A stretch of 64,000 nt of DNA from Selaginella moellendorffii (lineage: Eukaryota; Plantae; Lycopodiophyta): contig NW_003314269.1 in NCBI RefSeq assembly GCF_000143415.4, positions 7,341 to 71,340 of the forward strand, read 5' to 3'. The position numbers and the translations under genes were made by a program. How positions within the stretch are numbered: the first letter of the stretch is position 1; each line of letters starts with the position of its first letter. Positions 1 through 12,332 of this stretch are shown piece by piece. Under the pieces are notes generated by a model. That model made no database searches and was not told the origin of the DNA. It worked only from the letters and a program-made list of their open reading frames with translations.

Positions 1-85
1 GACTCGGACTCGGACTCGGATTCGGACTCGGACTCGGGCTCAGGCTCGGTCTCGGCCTCGGCCTCAGTCTCAGTCTCGGTCCCGA

Positions 86-123
<38 letters not shown>

Positions 124-727
124 CCGGTCTCGGTCTCGACTTCGGACTCCATCTCGGACTCCATCTCGGACTCCATCTCGGGTCCATCTTGGGTCCATCT
201 CGGACTCCATCTCGGACTCCATCTCGAGTCCATCTCGGACTCCATCTCGGACTCCATTTCGGGTCCATCTCGGGTCCACCTCGGACTCCATCTTGGACTC
301 CATCTCGGACTCCATCTCGGGTCCATCTCGGACTCCACTTCGGACTCCAACTCGGGTCCATCTCGGGTCCACCTCGGACTCCACTTCGAACTCCATCTCG
401 GACTCCATCTCGGGTCCATCTCGGACTCCACTTCGGACTCCAACTCGGGTCCATCTCGGACTCCACTTCGGACTCCAACTCGAGTCCATCTCGGACACTC
501 CCACGTGTCATGTGTTGGTCCTTTTGGGTCCCTTTTTGGAGCCTCGCCTTTTGCTCGCTTCGTGCTCGTTCCTCGAGCACTTCGTTGGGAGTTCCACTCC
601 CGCTCTTGACTTTTCAAGTCGGAGCTTTTGGTCCAAACGTGTTACGCTCGTTTGGCTCTCGCTTCGGCCACTACCATGTGGCGCCCTTCCGGCTCCACTT
701 TGGGGCCTAGGGATTTTATGTCTCACA
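1..727 (-). repeat. 3' LTR (partial) with GGACTC/GGTCTC hexamer and GGACTCCATCTC dodecamer arrays
   Basis: Ends ...ttttatgtctcaca at 727, the same as the LTR end at 6582. Confidence 0.9.
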
Positions 728-742
728 ACTCCACCACCCATA
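728..742 (-). other. Polypurine tract (PPT)
   Basis: Minus strand reads tatgggtggtggagt immediately before the 3' LTR. Confidence 0.7.
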
Positions 743-3700
743 GACGAAGTTCGATGTCCTCATCAAACGGTGAACCATTTTATAAAGTAACACCCGCATG
801 TGTTACCATTTCCATCCTTGGCGCGTAGCCAATATTTGTCAATGGTGTGACATTGAAGGCTCACCATGCCTTCTCCATATTCGTCAATGGTTGGACATTG
901 AAGGCTCACCATGCCTTTTGCATATCCTCTAAGGAGGGTAGTCTCTCCAACTTAGAGACTGATTGGACCACATATAGTGGTTCTCTCCTTTTATTGGTTT
1001 AGTTTTCGCTAAACCTCTTAGAGACCCTTCTCTAAGTCAATCCCACTACTTCTTCTCGAGTAGTCTCAATTTCCATCGATATAACCTTTGCACTTTGGAA
1101 CTTTGAATTTTGACTTCTTGGAGTCAATTTCCTAGGTGTCTCCGACACCTTGCCTTGCACCTTTTGTGCAACTCCACTTCCCATCCTAGGAAGTTCTCTA
1201 CTCAAGGGCACCATCATCCTCTCTTCTATTTCGTGCCAAAGTTCCAGTTATCATATTTTGTGCTAGGGCTGTTCATGGCCCTATCATTTGGTTACCTTAC
1301 CGCTCCCTCCCTTGGAGCTTCCACTTTCGCCAAATCGGAGCATTTTGGAATCCCTCCTTGGAAACACACTTCCTTTCCCGCAACTTGTTAGCGTCCAACA
1401 CATTAGTGTTCCTCGCCTAACTTTGTCACTTGGATTCCTTCCAAGGGATTCCACGGCCTTATCTTGGCCACTCATCTTTTGCTCCTATCCGTTGATTGTT
1501 GCACCAAGCAACATCGAATCTCTACCTCCCTCCTTGAGGTATTGTTTCGGTTCCATAGCAAAGACTCTTCTTTGCCAAGTCCGGAGGATGTTCACCCCTA
1601 GTACGTCTCTTTAGCATCTTCTGCTATGGGCTCTATCCACGGCCCAACTTCGTGACCCTCCCATGGGTCTTTTATAGAGACTACTTTCCTCGGACTCACT
1701 ATGCCATCGCACGGACATAGTTTATTTCCCTTAGGTGCTCTTCCCACTTGGTCATCACGACCAAGCCACACCACCTTAAACAGTTCAATTTCAACATTTT
1801 GAACCAGGAACTTCATTCCTTAGCCAACCAAGGACCTTGTCCTTATCTGGCCATAAGATCACCTAGTGATCTCACCTTGGCACCTTAACAGAGTTGCCAA
1901 GAGGTACTTGGTCTTCTAGACCTCCAAGTTGTTGACTATAACCCCGGGGGCATCCCCCACACTTGGCGGTGCACCCAAGCTAGCCCTTACGGCCAAGGGT
2001 TCATAGCAACTGAGATTAGGTGTCCCCATCTCACTCACCACGACCTTGGTGCCACTTGCACCAAAGTGTTCAAGTTAGATATGCTGAGCTTTCACACTAA
2101 GCAATCTAACCGTGCATCACGATTCCGAGGCATCCCTCGCTTGGCGGTGTGCCCAAACCAGTCTCCCCACTGAGAGTCCATGACCACCGAAATATGAGTG
2201 TCCTCATATTCCAAACCATCACCACGCCCTAGTGATTTGGGACTCGAACCCAAGCACTAGAGGGTCGGGACTCGAACCCAACCTCCGTATATGCATCTAC
2301 GGACGGCATCACACAAGATGCCTGGCGTGACTCCCCACGCCGGTGCACCAACTTATTTTTAAAGCGCGCTACAGATCACAGCTTAGGAACCTAGTTCCTC
2401 CACACTGCCAAGTCCTCTCACTTGACATGTCTGTGATCATGCATGGACTCCTCCATGCTCGGCCCCATGGCCCACCCTTTTTGAAGTTATCACCTTGAAC
2501 TAGGGTATTTGTTCCCCCGACGTGCCAATCTCGCTTGGCAAGTCCTTCGACCACTGTAACATGGTTCCTGCATAAGCGTGAAAGTCCTTGATCATCGACT
2601 TTCGTTCAAAGCCCTCTCTTTGAACACTCGGGAACTACTTCCCTAACCTTGATAGCCTTGCCTCATGGCAAGCTTCAAGACCACGCTTCTGCTGCGCCAC
2701 TCTGATTTCGCGCGTTCCATGAACCATTTACACTTGGCCTTTCTAGGTACCAAACTACCTAGAATCGTCTTTGGGAACCTTGAAGGAACTCTGTCCCTCA
2801 GCTTGCTAAGGCCTCCCTTTTTGCAAGCCTTCCAATTGCCACATAGTCTAACATGGCCAATTCCATATTTTAGACTCTCCATGGCATCACAGTTGCTAGC
2901 GGCAACACCCTCGAGCCCCCACTTGATTCTCCACTCCCAGCTGGCATAACCAACCTTGGTTATGCCCTTTGATTCCTACGGTTCGGTTCTATCCCCTTAC
3001 TTCTTGCTTTTTGGCTTCACACCTTTCCTTTGGTCATTCTCCTCCAGACCAGGAGGATAGCTTTGCACTTTCTATCATGCTTTAGCAAGTATTCTTAGGG
3101 ATGAACCTACCCAATAGCCTAGGGAGTGGTTCCTCAATCCGGGTATGCTCACCTTATAATCCCACACACTGGGATTACATTGTTGCTTATGGGCCTTTAC
3201 ATGCCCATCATTAGCCTTGCCAAAATTCCATTTTTGGCTTTGTCCAACTCGGGTAGACAGTCCTCTCCTGTCTCCGCAACCTTGGACATTTGGATAGCAC
3301 CTTTTATCCATCATTCGCTAGGGACTTAGTCCCTTGGGCTTTATCCATTGCCCTCGCGACATCAAACACCACCTTCTGGTGTTCTAGAGTGTTCGGGTGT
3401 CCCAATGATGGCTTTCTTGACAATGAGTATTTCCTTTTATGACATTGACTTACTATATCGCAACACAAGCAACTTATCCCCCGTAAGGGTATATCCAACT
3501 TCCCTATGCTATTAAGAAGTCTTGGGTAGCTACCTTCTACCCGTTTAACCAGTTATTTTGCACCTCTTGCTTAGTTGCCTTATAGTTGTCAAGTCCTACA
3601 ACTCATTGCTTGGTGCTTTCACACCTCCATCATTATCTGGGTCACCACACTCCAACTGCATGCTCTGCAGCTTAGGCTATGCTATTCCCATTTCCATTGG

Positions 3701-4811
3701 GATTCCTTTGGCAAGGGTTCTCATGAACCCACCAACATAGCCTCAAGGTATCACACCTTGGCACATTTGGTGTCTCCACACCATCGGCTCCACGAGCATA
3801 CCTCTATGACATTTCCCCTTCGTGTCTAAGTCTTTGCCAAGACTAACACCGCTCTTTCTCATGCCAACCATCCGTTAGCACTGCACCATAGAAGTCACAC
3901 ACAACTTTATGTCAAAGTTGTTTTCTTCTGGGAACACCTTTCCCATAACTTTAGCATGGCACATTTTGCCATCGATGAGATACCCTCTGTTCTCATCTTT
4001 GGATCCTATGATCCCCCCCCATCCTTTGTGGGGTACAACACACCTCAGTCCAAATGCTTCCATCAGTCCTTTTAGGACCATCCGTTGACTCTACTTGAGT
4101 CATCCAGCAGTTTTGGACTTGGTTAATCCACAGACCCGTAAGGTCCTACTTGTGAGGCACTAGCTCACTGGAATACACTTCTTGCATTCCTATCCTACTC
4201 GAAAGGACTATTTTCACAAGTGTTACTCCGACACTTGATTTTGTTCTCTGGGGGCAACCTTTGCCCCTTAGGACTACTTGTCCATGTGATGAAAACACCA
4301 ACTCATCCACTTAATACACCCCCAACTCCTTGGGTTGTTCCAGCATTTATTAGAGGTAGCCCTGGCTACCTTTTCAAGGACTTGAGTCCTCTTCCGTATT
4401 TGACCTCCCACGGTCATTACTTCTGGTCTCACATTCGTGAGCACCAACCTCAACTATATGAGGAAAATCTTGTGACTCCTTTATTGCTTTGGAGTCTTTA
4501 TCTTTCCCGTGATCCCAACTGTAGTTGTTTACCACAACTACATTAGCCAGTTTGCTAAGTCAAACGCTCATCTGGATCACATCCTCAACTCTTTGAGGAA
4601 AACCATATACTGTTCCCAAGATCCCAAAGTCGTTCCATTATTGGCCCTTTTCTATCCACCACCTCGTCTACAAGTTCACACATGAACTGTAATGGAGAGC
4701 CATGTCTTCCCGACTTGCTACTCCTCAAGGATAGGCCCACTCCTCGGACTTTCCGATGCCAACACTAGTGGTGATGTACTTGAGCACCAATAAAAGTCAG
4801 ACTAAGGAACA

Positions 4812-4823
4812 GCTCTGATACCA
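4812..4823 (-). other. Primer binding site (tRNA-iMet)
   Basis: Minus strand TGGTATCAGAGC lies 3 nt from the LTR edge at 4827. Confidence 0.9.
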
Positions 4824-4826
4824 AAT

Positions 4827-5940
4827 TGTAAGCGACTAAATTTTCCATTCTACTTTAGTCACTTAACCACACCTCTGACCACTTGGAGGAGTCTCATTCA
4901 CAACCTCCATAAGTCCAATCTAGGACTTGGGACTTGCTAGCCCCGAGAATGGCATCCATGCCACTCAACATTTGCACTTGGTCCAAGTGCTCCACGTGTC
5001 CGATCCCATGACCGACACTCAAAGGTACCACCGACATAGCAGCCCGTTACGCTAAGGCCATGCCCAATCACCTTTGCCACACTGGTAGTCCAATACCACT
5101 TGCATCACCGTCTTGGCTCTCCAAGACTAGGCAAACCATCCGTGAGTGGTCATCTTAGATCCACTCCTTAGCATCCTTAGGATGCCCACCGACAAGGGGA
5201 ATAGCCTTCGACAATATCCCTCTGTCAGTCCCCACTAAGTCCCTTTCTGCCCCTGGCCGTGTTTGCCAACACTGCCACTGGATCGAGACCCACAGGCCCA
5301 ACCACTAAGTCCCACGGTCCTCTGGGACTTCCTCACCACACGACTGTGTCCTTGGTCACTACCCCAGAGGACTGCTCCTCTTCCTTTCCACAATCTGGGC
5401 CTTTGGGACAACATTTCGGAACACCGTGGCCTTACGCGAGCCACCTGGGTACTCTCCTCGCCTTCTGCCCTTGGGTGCTCTAGCCATGGGCTTAGAGCGG
5501 GTTCCGTTGAGCCACACCAGGTATCCAAGTAGGTAGTGCCACCCACACTTGGACTGGGAGTATCGGCCAGTCGATCTCCCGGGGGAACTAGAGCCGGCTC
5601 TTGAACACTTCACCAAGCTACCCCGCTTGTCGGTCTGTGTTCACTCTAGTCTTGGACTTCCCAGTGGGCAGCTCATCACCCAACACTGGGTCCGGCCTTC
5701 CTGGGCTAAACTGGCCTTTCCTGGCCAAACTGGCTCCACTACAGTCCTCCCCCTACTATACTTTTGGAGCTCACCAAACCCCCCAGGGTCTGGGAGACGA
5801 ACGCTTTGGGCTTTCACCCTCTCAGGCTCCGGACTCGGACTCGGACTCGAACTCAGACTCGGACTCGGACTCGGATTCGGACTCGGACTCGGGCTCGGGC
5901 TCGGTCTCGGCCTCGGCCTCAGTCTCAGTCTCGGTCCCGA

Positions 5941-5978
<38 letters not shown>

Positions 5979-6582
5979 CCGGTCTCGGTCTCGACTTCGG
6001 ACTCCATCTCGGACTCCATCTCGGACTCCATCTCGGGTCCATCTCGGGTCCATCTCGGACTCCATCTCGGACTCCATCTCGGGTCCATCTCGGACTCCAT
6101 CTCGGACTCCATTTCGGGTCCATCTCGGGTCCACCTCGGACTCCATCTTGGACTCCATCTCGGACTCCATCTCGGGTCCATCTCGGACTCCACTTCGGAC
6201 TCCAACTCGGGTCCATCTCGGGTCCACCTCGGACTCCACTTCGGACTCCATCTCGGACTCCATCTCGGGTCCATCTCGGACTCCACTTCGGACTCCAACT
6301 CGGGTCCATCTCGGACTCCACTTCGGACTCCAACTCGAGTCCATCTCGGACACTCCCACGTGTCATGTGTTGGTCCTTTTGGGTCCCTTTTTGGAGCCTC
6401 GCCTTTTGCTCGCTTCGTGCTCGTTCCTCGAGCACTTCGTTGGGAGTTCCACTCCCGCTCTTGACTTTTCAAGTCGGAGCTTTTGGTCCAAACGTGTTAC
6501 GCTCGTTTGGCTCTCGCTTCGGCCACTACCATGTGGCGTCCTTCCGGCTCCACTTTGGGGCCTAGGGATTTTATGTCTCACA
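4827..6582 (-). repeat. 5' LTR (1756 bp) with internal satellite at ~5825-6350
   Basis: TGTAAG...TCACA termini; PBS adjacent. Confidence 0.9.
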
Positions 6583-7432
6583 GTGCCATTGGAAGCTGTC
6601 AGAGGGAACTTTTCTTGGCTCGAGAGCATATGCTTTCTTTGCCAGTGACAGAGAAGAATATGCTCTAGTAGATCAATACTAGCTTTTATTTCACAAAAGC
6701 ACCATTTCTAATGAAATTTTCTATTTGTGTTAAGGTCATGGGTCGATTTAGGTGGATGTTTCTTTGTCTCCACCACATAATTCACACTTGATTTACCCAT
6801 CTATTTGAGGATGATTTCCACTTGAGAGTTTCAAAGTCATTTGTATAGCTTTTGCAAAGTTCTTTTAAAATCCACTAGTGAATTTTGAATCTCAATTACT
6901 AATAATGTCCTTCGGTAAATCAAAATTATGAAAAATCTTTTCTAGCAATAACAATCCTCTAAAGAGCTAACAACCATACATACTTCATTAAATAATTCAT
7001 TATAATGCATATTTGCTCTTTTTACCTCTATATTCCATAAAAATACTACACTAACAGCTCCGAAGAATAGGTAAAGGAGATTCTAGTCCAAAATCCCTTG
7101 CTAGGCTTAGATTTATTAATCAATTTCACCGAAAAAGCCTACGAGCTAAAGCTCTTACAACAACAAAAAGACATAACTTTCCCAATGGCATCCAACAAAA
7201 CAACAGTGATAATGGAGAAATCCTTTACAAACTTACAGGACATTGGATTGGAGTTCCAAAAAGTTGGCAGTGCTTCAAACTTTAGACACTTATCAACAGA
7301 TTTGCTCCTTTTGTGTTATTGGCAGCACAAGCTCCCTGCCCGTCTCACTCAATCTCTTTCGTATCTACCAAACTTTCAAATCGCTTTAATTGATCCTTGT
7401 TTTAGGGCACAAATTCAAATCAAGAAACAATG

Positions 7433-7467
7433 GCGACCTGTGACTTTCTGCTCTGAGCTACAAACGC
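7433..7467 (-). pseudogene. tRNA-Arg remnant (5' acceptor strand, part of D-arm, part of T-arm)
   Basis: Minus strand GCGTTTGTAGCTCAG-AGCAGAAAGTCACAGGTCG; paralogous position to 21568-21634. Confidence 0.7.
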
Positions 7468-7553
7468 TTTACTTACAGTTTTATTTTATACTAGAATATG
7501 CGGCATCGAATCTTTTTATTGACCCGGGAATTAAGGTTCTTGCGCTGCAGCAA

Positions 7554-9168
7554 ATGCGGCTTGCGCTGCCGATGATGGGCGTCAAGCTCATGCAGTTCGC
7601 CATCCAGATCACGTCCGTGATGCTCGTCGGCCATCTCGGCGAGCTCCAGCTCTCCAGCGCCTCCATCGCGACATCGCTGTCACGGTCACCGGCTACAGTC
7701 TCTTGGTGAGTCCCTGACGCAAGATTTCGAGGCAGAATTGAGCAGTGAAGCATCCGGATCGTGGTCTCTTTGTTTGCCACCAGCCTTGAGACCCTGTGCG
7801 GCCAGGCGTTGAGTACCACAAGGTCGGCCTCTACTTGTATCGAGCAGTGCTGGTTCTTCTCGCCGTCGCTATTCCAGTGGCAGTGCTATGGCTCAACATC
7901 CTCGATATATCGTCCAGCGCTGGAATATACGCGCGATGGCTCGTCCAGGGGCTCTTCGCATTTTGCTTCCTCCAGCCACTCATCAAGTTTCTCCAAGCGT
8001 GGAGCTTCGTGCTTCTGATGTTCTTGTGCTCGTCGGTGACTTTGGTGGTCCACGTTTCGATCTGCTGGGTGCTCATATACAAGGTTGGGATGGGAAACGC
8101 TGGAGCAGCACTGGCGACGAGTGTTTCCAACTGGATCAACGTCTTCTTCCTCGCCGGAGTGGCGCTGCTCAAGTGTTTGCCAGAGTTATCCATGGAGGTT
8201 TTCGAGCATGTTTTCGACTTTTTGAAGTTGGCAGTGCCTTCTACGCTCATGTTCTGGTAAGTATTTTCTTGTTTCTTTTATTCGTTGAACTCTGCATTGT
8301 TCCCAGCTTGGAGTGGTGGTCGTTTGAGTCCCTCGTTTTGCTCTCAGGCGTTCTTCCCAATCCCAAGCTTGAGACGTCCGTGTTCTCCATCATGTCAGTA
8401 AAAATGTTTTCCTTCCTGTAAGCTCACTTTCCTTTTCCAGGCTAAACATCATCAACTTCTGCTACATGGTTCCTTATGGTATCAGTGCAGCAGCAAGGTA
8501 TTCAGCGATTTTCTCAGTTACTCTCTTTGGCAACCTTTCGATCTCTGCAGTACTCGGATTTCCAACGAGCTCGGTGCCGGGCATCCATTTGAAGCTCGTC
8601 TCTCGCAGGGCGTTTCTTTCGGCCTGGCTGCCATTGACGCAGTGTTCGTGTCAACCCTCCTGTTTTGCCTCCGTGACGTTCTTGGCCGGGCTTTCAGCAA
8701 TGAGGCAGAAGTGGTCGGCCATGTTTCGCGAATGATTCCAATTCTTGCTGCAATGACCGTCATGGATGCATTTGCCGGAGTTGTATCGGGTAACTCGAAC
8801 TTTTCTTTTCTTCTGTTTTATGTTTCTAGCTAAACAATTGTTTTGCAAGGTTCTGCTAGAGGGTGTGGTTGGCAGATGCTTGCAACAATTGCAAACTTGG
8901 GAGCCTTTTACGTTGTTGGTTTGCCTGTAGGATGTATCCTAGCATTTGTCGTTGGTCTCGGTGGGAAGGTAGCTCAATCTTTGGCCTTGGGATTGATGTC
9001 TGTTGCATTACACAGGGACTTCTGATTGGAGTTCTCTCAGGAGTGTCAACACAAGCTGCAGTTCTGTCTGTAATAGCCCTCTCCACAAACTGGGCAAAGC
9101 AGGTGGACATACAGGCACAAGCAGCGACGATTCGTGTGGACTCCGAGACAATCGCACTCCTTTGCTAA
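7554..9168 (+). pseudogene. MATE (DTX) efflux transporter pseudogene
   Basis: Homologous to 19734-21489 but has a 1-nt deletion near 7680 (SLCTVT becomes SLSRSP), deletions at the exon-2 acceptor and in GQAFGAKQY, and a last intron reduced to 12 nt. Confidence 0.85.
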
Positions 9169-9297
9169 GTTTCAAGCTGGGGCCTGGACTCGGCCTGGGT
9201 ATCACCATCGGCATCGCAGCGATGCAGGGTGAGCTGGAGAAAATCTAGCTTTGTGTTTTGGCAAGTTTGTAAAAGAAAAAGACAGAGTTTGCTTTCC

Positions 9298-10446
9298 TTA
9301 ACACAGCTCTTTGATAGCTTTGCCTTTGACTTTGTCGCTTTGGCGGCTGCCACCGCTGGTGCCACCGCTGGTGCCACCTTGGTCGCCTCCTCCACTGCCG
9401 CTGCCGCGAGCTCTTCCGCCATTGCCACCAGCTCTACCACCGCTAGTGCCAGCGCCTCCTCCGCTGCCGCGAGCTCTTCCGCCACCAGCTCTACCACCGC
9501 TGGTGCCAGCGCCTCCTCCTCTTCCACTGTCCCTGCTGCCAGCTCTTCCACCACTGCCGCCAGCTCTTCCGCCTCCTCCCTGGTCGTCTCCTCCGCTGCC
9601 GCTGCCGCCAGCTCTTCCGCCACCACCGGTGCTGCCACCGCCTCCTCCTTGGCTGTCGCTGTTTCCTTCTTCTGCATTCCTTTTAATGATCAGCGCACAA
9701 ACTGTAAGTGCATCACGAGCAGGGATGAACTTGGAAAACATCCCAAGTCTCTTGACATGGATCCCCACCAGCTCGAGGGGTGCGATCGAAAAGATCGCAC
9801 CCCCGCGATCATCGCTAGCATAAGCTCCTGAAAGAAAAAAATGTCAAAACGGGGCTGAAATGGCAAGAACAAAACACCTGCATAGAAGCCTCCCGGTAAA
9901 GTAGTTGCCACCGTCACTTGATCCTGGAAAGATGGGATCTGGTTGGTTTCGTCTTTGCCATCCCCTTTTTTGTAAGAAGCCTTGTCCACGTCTTCAACGT
10001 AGCCAAGAAAATGAAGCTGGCGGCCTAGTGACAGGCGCTCCTTGCTTGAACGGAGAAAAGGTAACGCCCCGCCCTCGATTTTGAGCATCGCTATGTCGCG
10101 CTCATGGTCCACGGCCATGAAAGACGCGGCCCTCTTCTCGCCCCGAGTGGGGAAGAGAACCAGCCAGTCCAGGCCACCAAGGTCGTAGTTTTTGAGCGGC
10201 GCGAGGGACACAATGCCGTGGCTGCATCGAGAGCGACAAGAGGAGAGAGTTTTCTAGCACAAAGGCACAAAGCTTTCACCTTTTCCAGACCATAACCACG
10301 GTGGCTATGGTATTGACAGACGAGAGCGAGACGGAGCTGTTGTCGGAGCTGTCGCCGGAGCTGTCGCCGGAGCTGTCGTCGACGTACAAGCGCCCGAGCA
10401 CTTCTCGCGCAGCTCCAAAGCCCACCTCCGCGACTTCCAAAGCCAT
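9298..10446 (-). CDS. Family A1: trypsin-like fold protein (predicted inactive) with Gly/RAGG-rich C-terminal tail; exons 10446-10280, 10221-9878, 9827-9298
   Basis: GT-AG introns splice in frame. Motifs VDHERDIAMLKIE, LSLGRQLHFLGY and DDRGGAIF...LVGIHV follow Trypsin_2/DegP order. Paralog A2 has the same intron positions. Confidence 0.7.
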
Positions 10447-10468
10447 CGTTGCTTGCTGAAGGCCGTTG

Positions 10469-10488
10469 CTAGGGTTTAAGGGTTTATA
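10469..10488 (-). promoter_or_regulatory. Telo-box-like elements (AAACCCT) upstream of A1
   Basis: Minus strand tataaacccttaaaccctag lies ~23 nt upstream of the A1 ATG. A related attagggtt lies at 17566, upstream of A2. Confidence 0.4.
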
Positions 10489-10531
10489 GAAGAAGAAATG
10501 GTTTTTTATGGAGAGGGGATTGCGCGCGGCG

Positions 10532-12230
10532 ATGGGGCTGATCAGCACCGTGCTGGGTGTTGTCGGGATCGCCTACTTCCATTTCACGCCCGTGGATGTC
10601 AAGGTAGGGATTCTCGCCAGGAATGTAGCTAGAGTATTCTCATGCGCTGATCGCTTGGCACAATCCGACCCTTGCAGGAGCTTCATATGAAGTCGCTGTG
10701 CCAGAGATTTCCTCAAGTCCCAATCTTTCCGTGATTCCTTTCCTGGGATCATGGTCGCATTTTTCTATGCCTTACTTGCAAATGCAGACTTCATTCAAAC
10801 CATGTATCGATGAATCCGCGGCGAAGGCCTTGACACTGTGTAGCTAATGTTTTTATCTTTGTTCTTGTACTCTGTTTTTGACGACTTTTTTTGACAGGCA
10901 TCAAGGATGTGATATTCAAGAGAAGGAGACGCGAGCTGTCTCCGAAATGTGCCAAAGAGTTCTTGTTGCTGTCAAGGCGTTTGGTCGCGGAGCGACTGTC
11001 CAGGTTAGTAGTTTCGCCTTTTTGTTTATCTCTCCATCATTCTCTCTTTATGTTGTAGACTTGCATTGCAAGCATCCTGCCATCCTCACGAAACTTCTCG
11101 GTGGATGGCGACTTAAATGGGATTATGCGTTTGTCCAGGTTTGCAACAAAAGATCTTTACGTTTTTACTGACAAGGATTTCGCACAACCTGATCAAGGAT
11201 AAAGTTTCACAAATGTACTTGTGGCCCAGAAATCAACGTCATAAGACATAACTCGTGCAAGACATATAAATACCTCTCAGAGCGGTAAAGAAGCCTGTTG
11301 GAATGCTGGAAGTCAAGGTTGTCAGGGCGATGGGCCTCAAGAAGAAAGACCTCATGGGGAAGTCTTGTCTGGCCAAGAAGAAAACGACCGTGAAATTGAA
11401 CACTCTCAATCCAGAATGGAACGAAACCTTTCATGTTCTGACTGGAAAAAGGTACGCGGTTCTACTACAAGCATTCTGACGAACTTAATTTCCATGCTTT
11501 TGCAAGATCATGGTGTCTCCAATGGAAAAGGTTTGCTTCCTCTTTTGACATAGCCTACCATTCATGTGGATTTTGGTTTGAAACTTCTGGCGACTTAATG
11601 GCAATTCCAGGGCTTTATGCGTTTGTCCAGGTTTGTATGGCCCTTTGTACTGGCACAGCTGTACTTGTGGCCCAGAACAATGGACATCAACGTCATAGAC
11701 AATCCGAGGTAAGACTTAACTCGTGGAAGTCATACGCATACTCATGAATGCCTCTCAGCGCGGTGTTGGAATGCTGCAAGTGAAGCTTGTCAGGGCGACT
11801 GGCGTCAAGAAAAATGACTGACCCGGTCCGTGTTTGCCAAGAAGAAAACGACCGCGAAAATGAACAAGAAGAACGAAACCTTTCACAGGCTGTTATGTTT
11901 GAAAAGGTACGTGGTTCTATGTAGCGAACTTAAGTTGGCTTGCAGATTAACAAGACTGATTGCCCAATGATCGAAGCCTCGTGACCCACAAAGCGTCCAA
12001 GGAGGATCAAGACGCTTCAATCGAAGCTTATAAAGCTCCCGAAGGATATGGTTTGCCTGTCCATGGTGTCGAGACTTGGAAAGCAAGCATCACACGAACC
12101 TCGCATTTAGCAAAGGAAACCAAGGTAAGTAGTGTCCCGTTGGTTTGGTGTTTTATCTTTCTCTGTTTTATTCGTCAGGCTATAAAGAAGATCCTGGATG
12201 GGATCAGGACCGCTTGCGAGTGGAAAGCAA
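10532..12230 (+). pseudogene. Synaptotagmin (SMP-C2) gene fragments, internally duplicated
   Basis: MGLISTVLG N-terminal anchor, IMVSxMEK, FGLKLL..DLMAIPGLYAFVQ, LWPRTMDI, and C2A KPVGMLEVKVVRAMGLKKKDLMGKS; broken by deletions. Confidence 0.8.
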
Positions 12231-12332
12231 TGTGTAAGTTTGGCCTTGATCGAACAACTCGCCAAACTGATTAACGGCAGATTTTGTTAAAAAACTTTAA
12301 TTTTATGTACCGTATTAGGTCAAAGCGGAGCT

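Larger units (their letters stand above)
1..6582 (-). mobile_element. LTR retrotransposon (gypsy-derived, non-autonomous LARD-like); left end cut off by the window
   Basis: 1-727 repeats 5856-6582 almost exactly. The full LTR 4827-6582 has TG...CA ends. A tRNA-iMet PBS and a PPT abut the LTRs on the minus strand. The 4.1 kb interior has no long ORF. Confidence 0.9.
6583..12230. repeat. Left arm of inverted segmental duplication (partner ~18340-22560)
   Basis: 6590-6670 matches the reverse complement of ~22470-22560. 7130-7300 matches rc 22060-22235. The MATE, Gly-rich and synaptotagmin pieces are also mirrored. Confidence 0.85.

Noticed and set aside
1-500. Possible CRISPR array or telomere repeat
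   Set aside because: No unique spacers, not TTTAGGG, and the context is a eukaryotic LTR.
70-790. Long repetitive ORFs (RD/RS/SD/LG-rich), also at 5549-6648, 46840-47159 and 58360-59282
   Set aside because: By-products of a stop-free LTR satellite; open in all frames and with no domain.
7098-7709. 203-aa ORF, and the 196-aa ORF at 21283-21873
   Set aside because: Chance read-through of upstream DNA and tRNA relics into MATE exon 1.
9165-9831. Ala/Glu-, Ser/Ala- and Pro-rich ORFs resembling extensin or antifreeze proteins
   Set aside because: Alternative frames of the Gly-rich tail of A1; only the Gly frame splices to the upstream exons in both paralogs.
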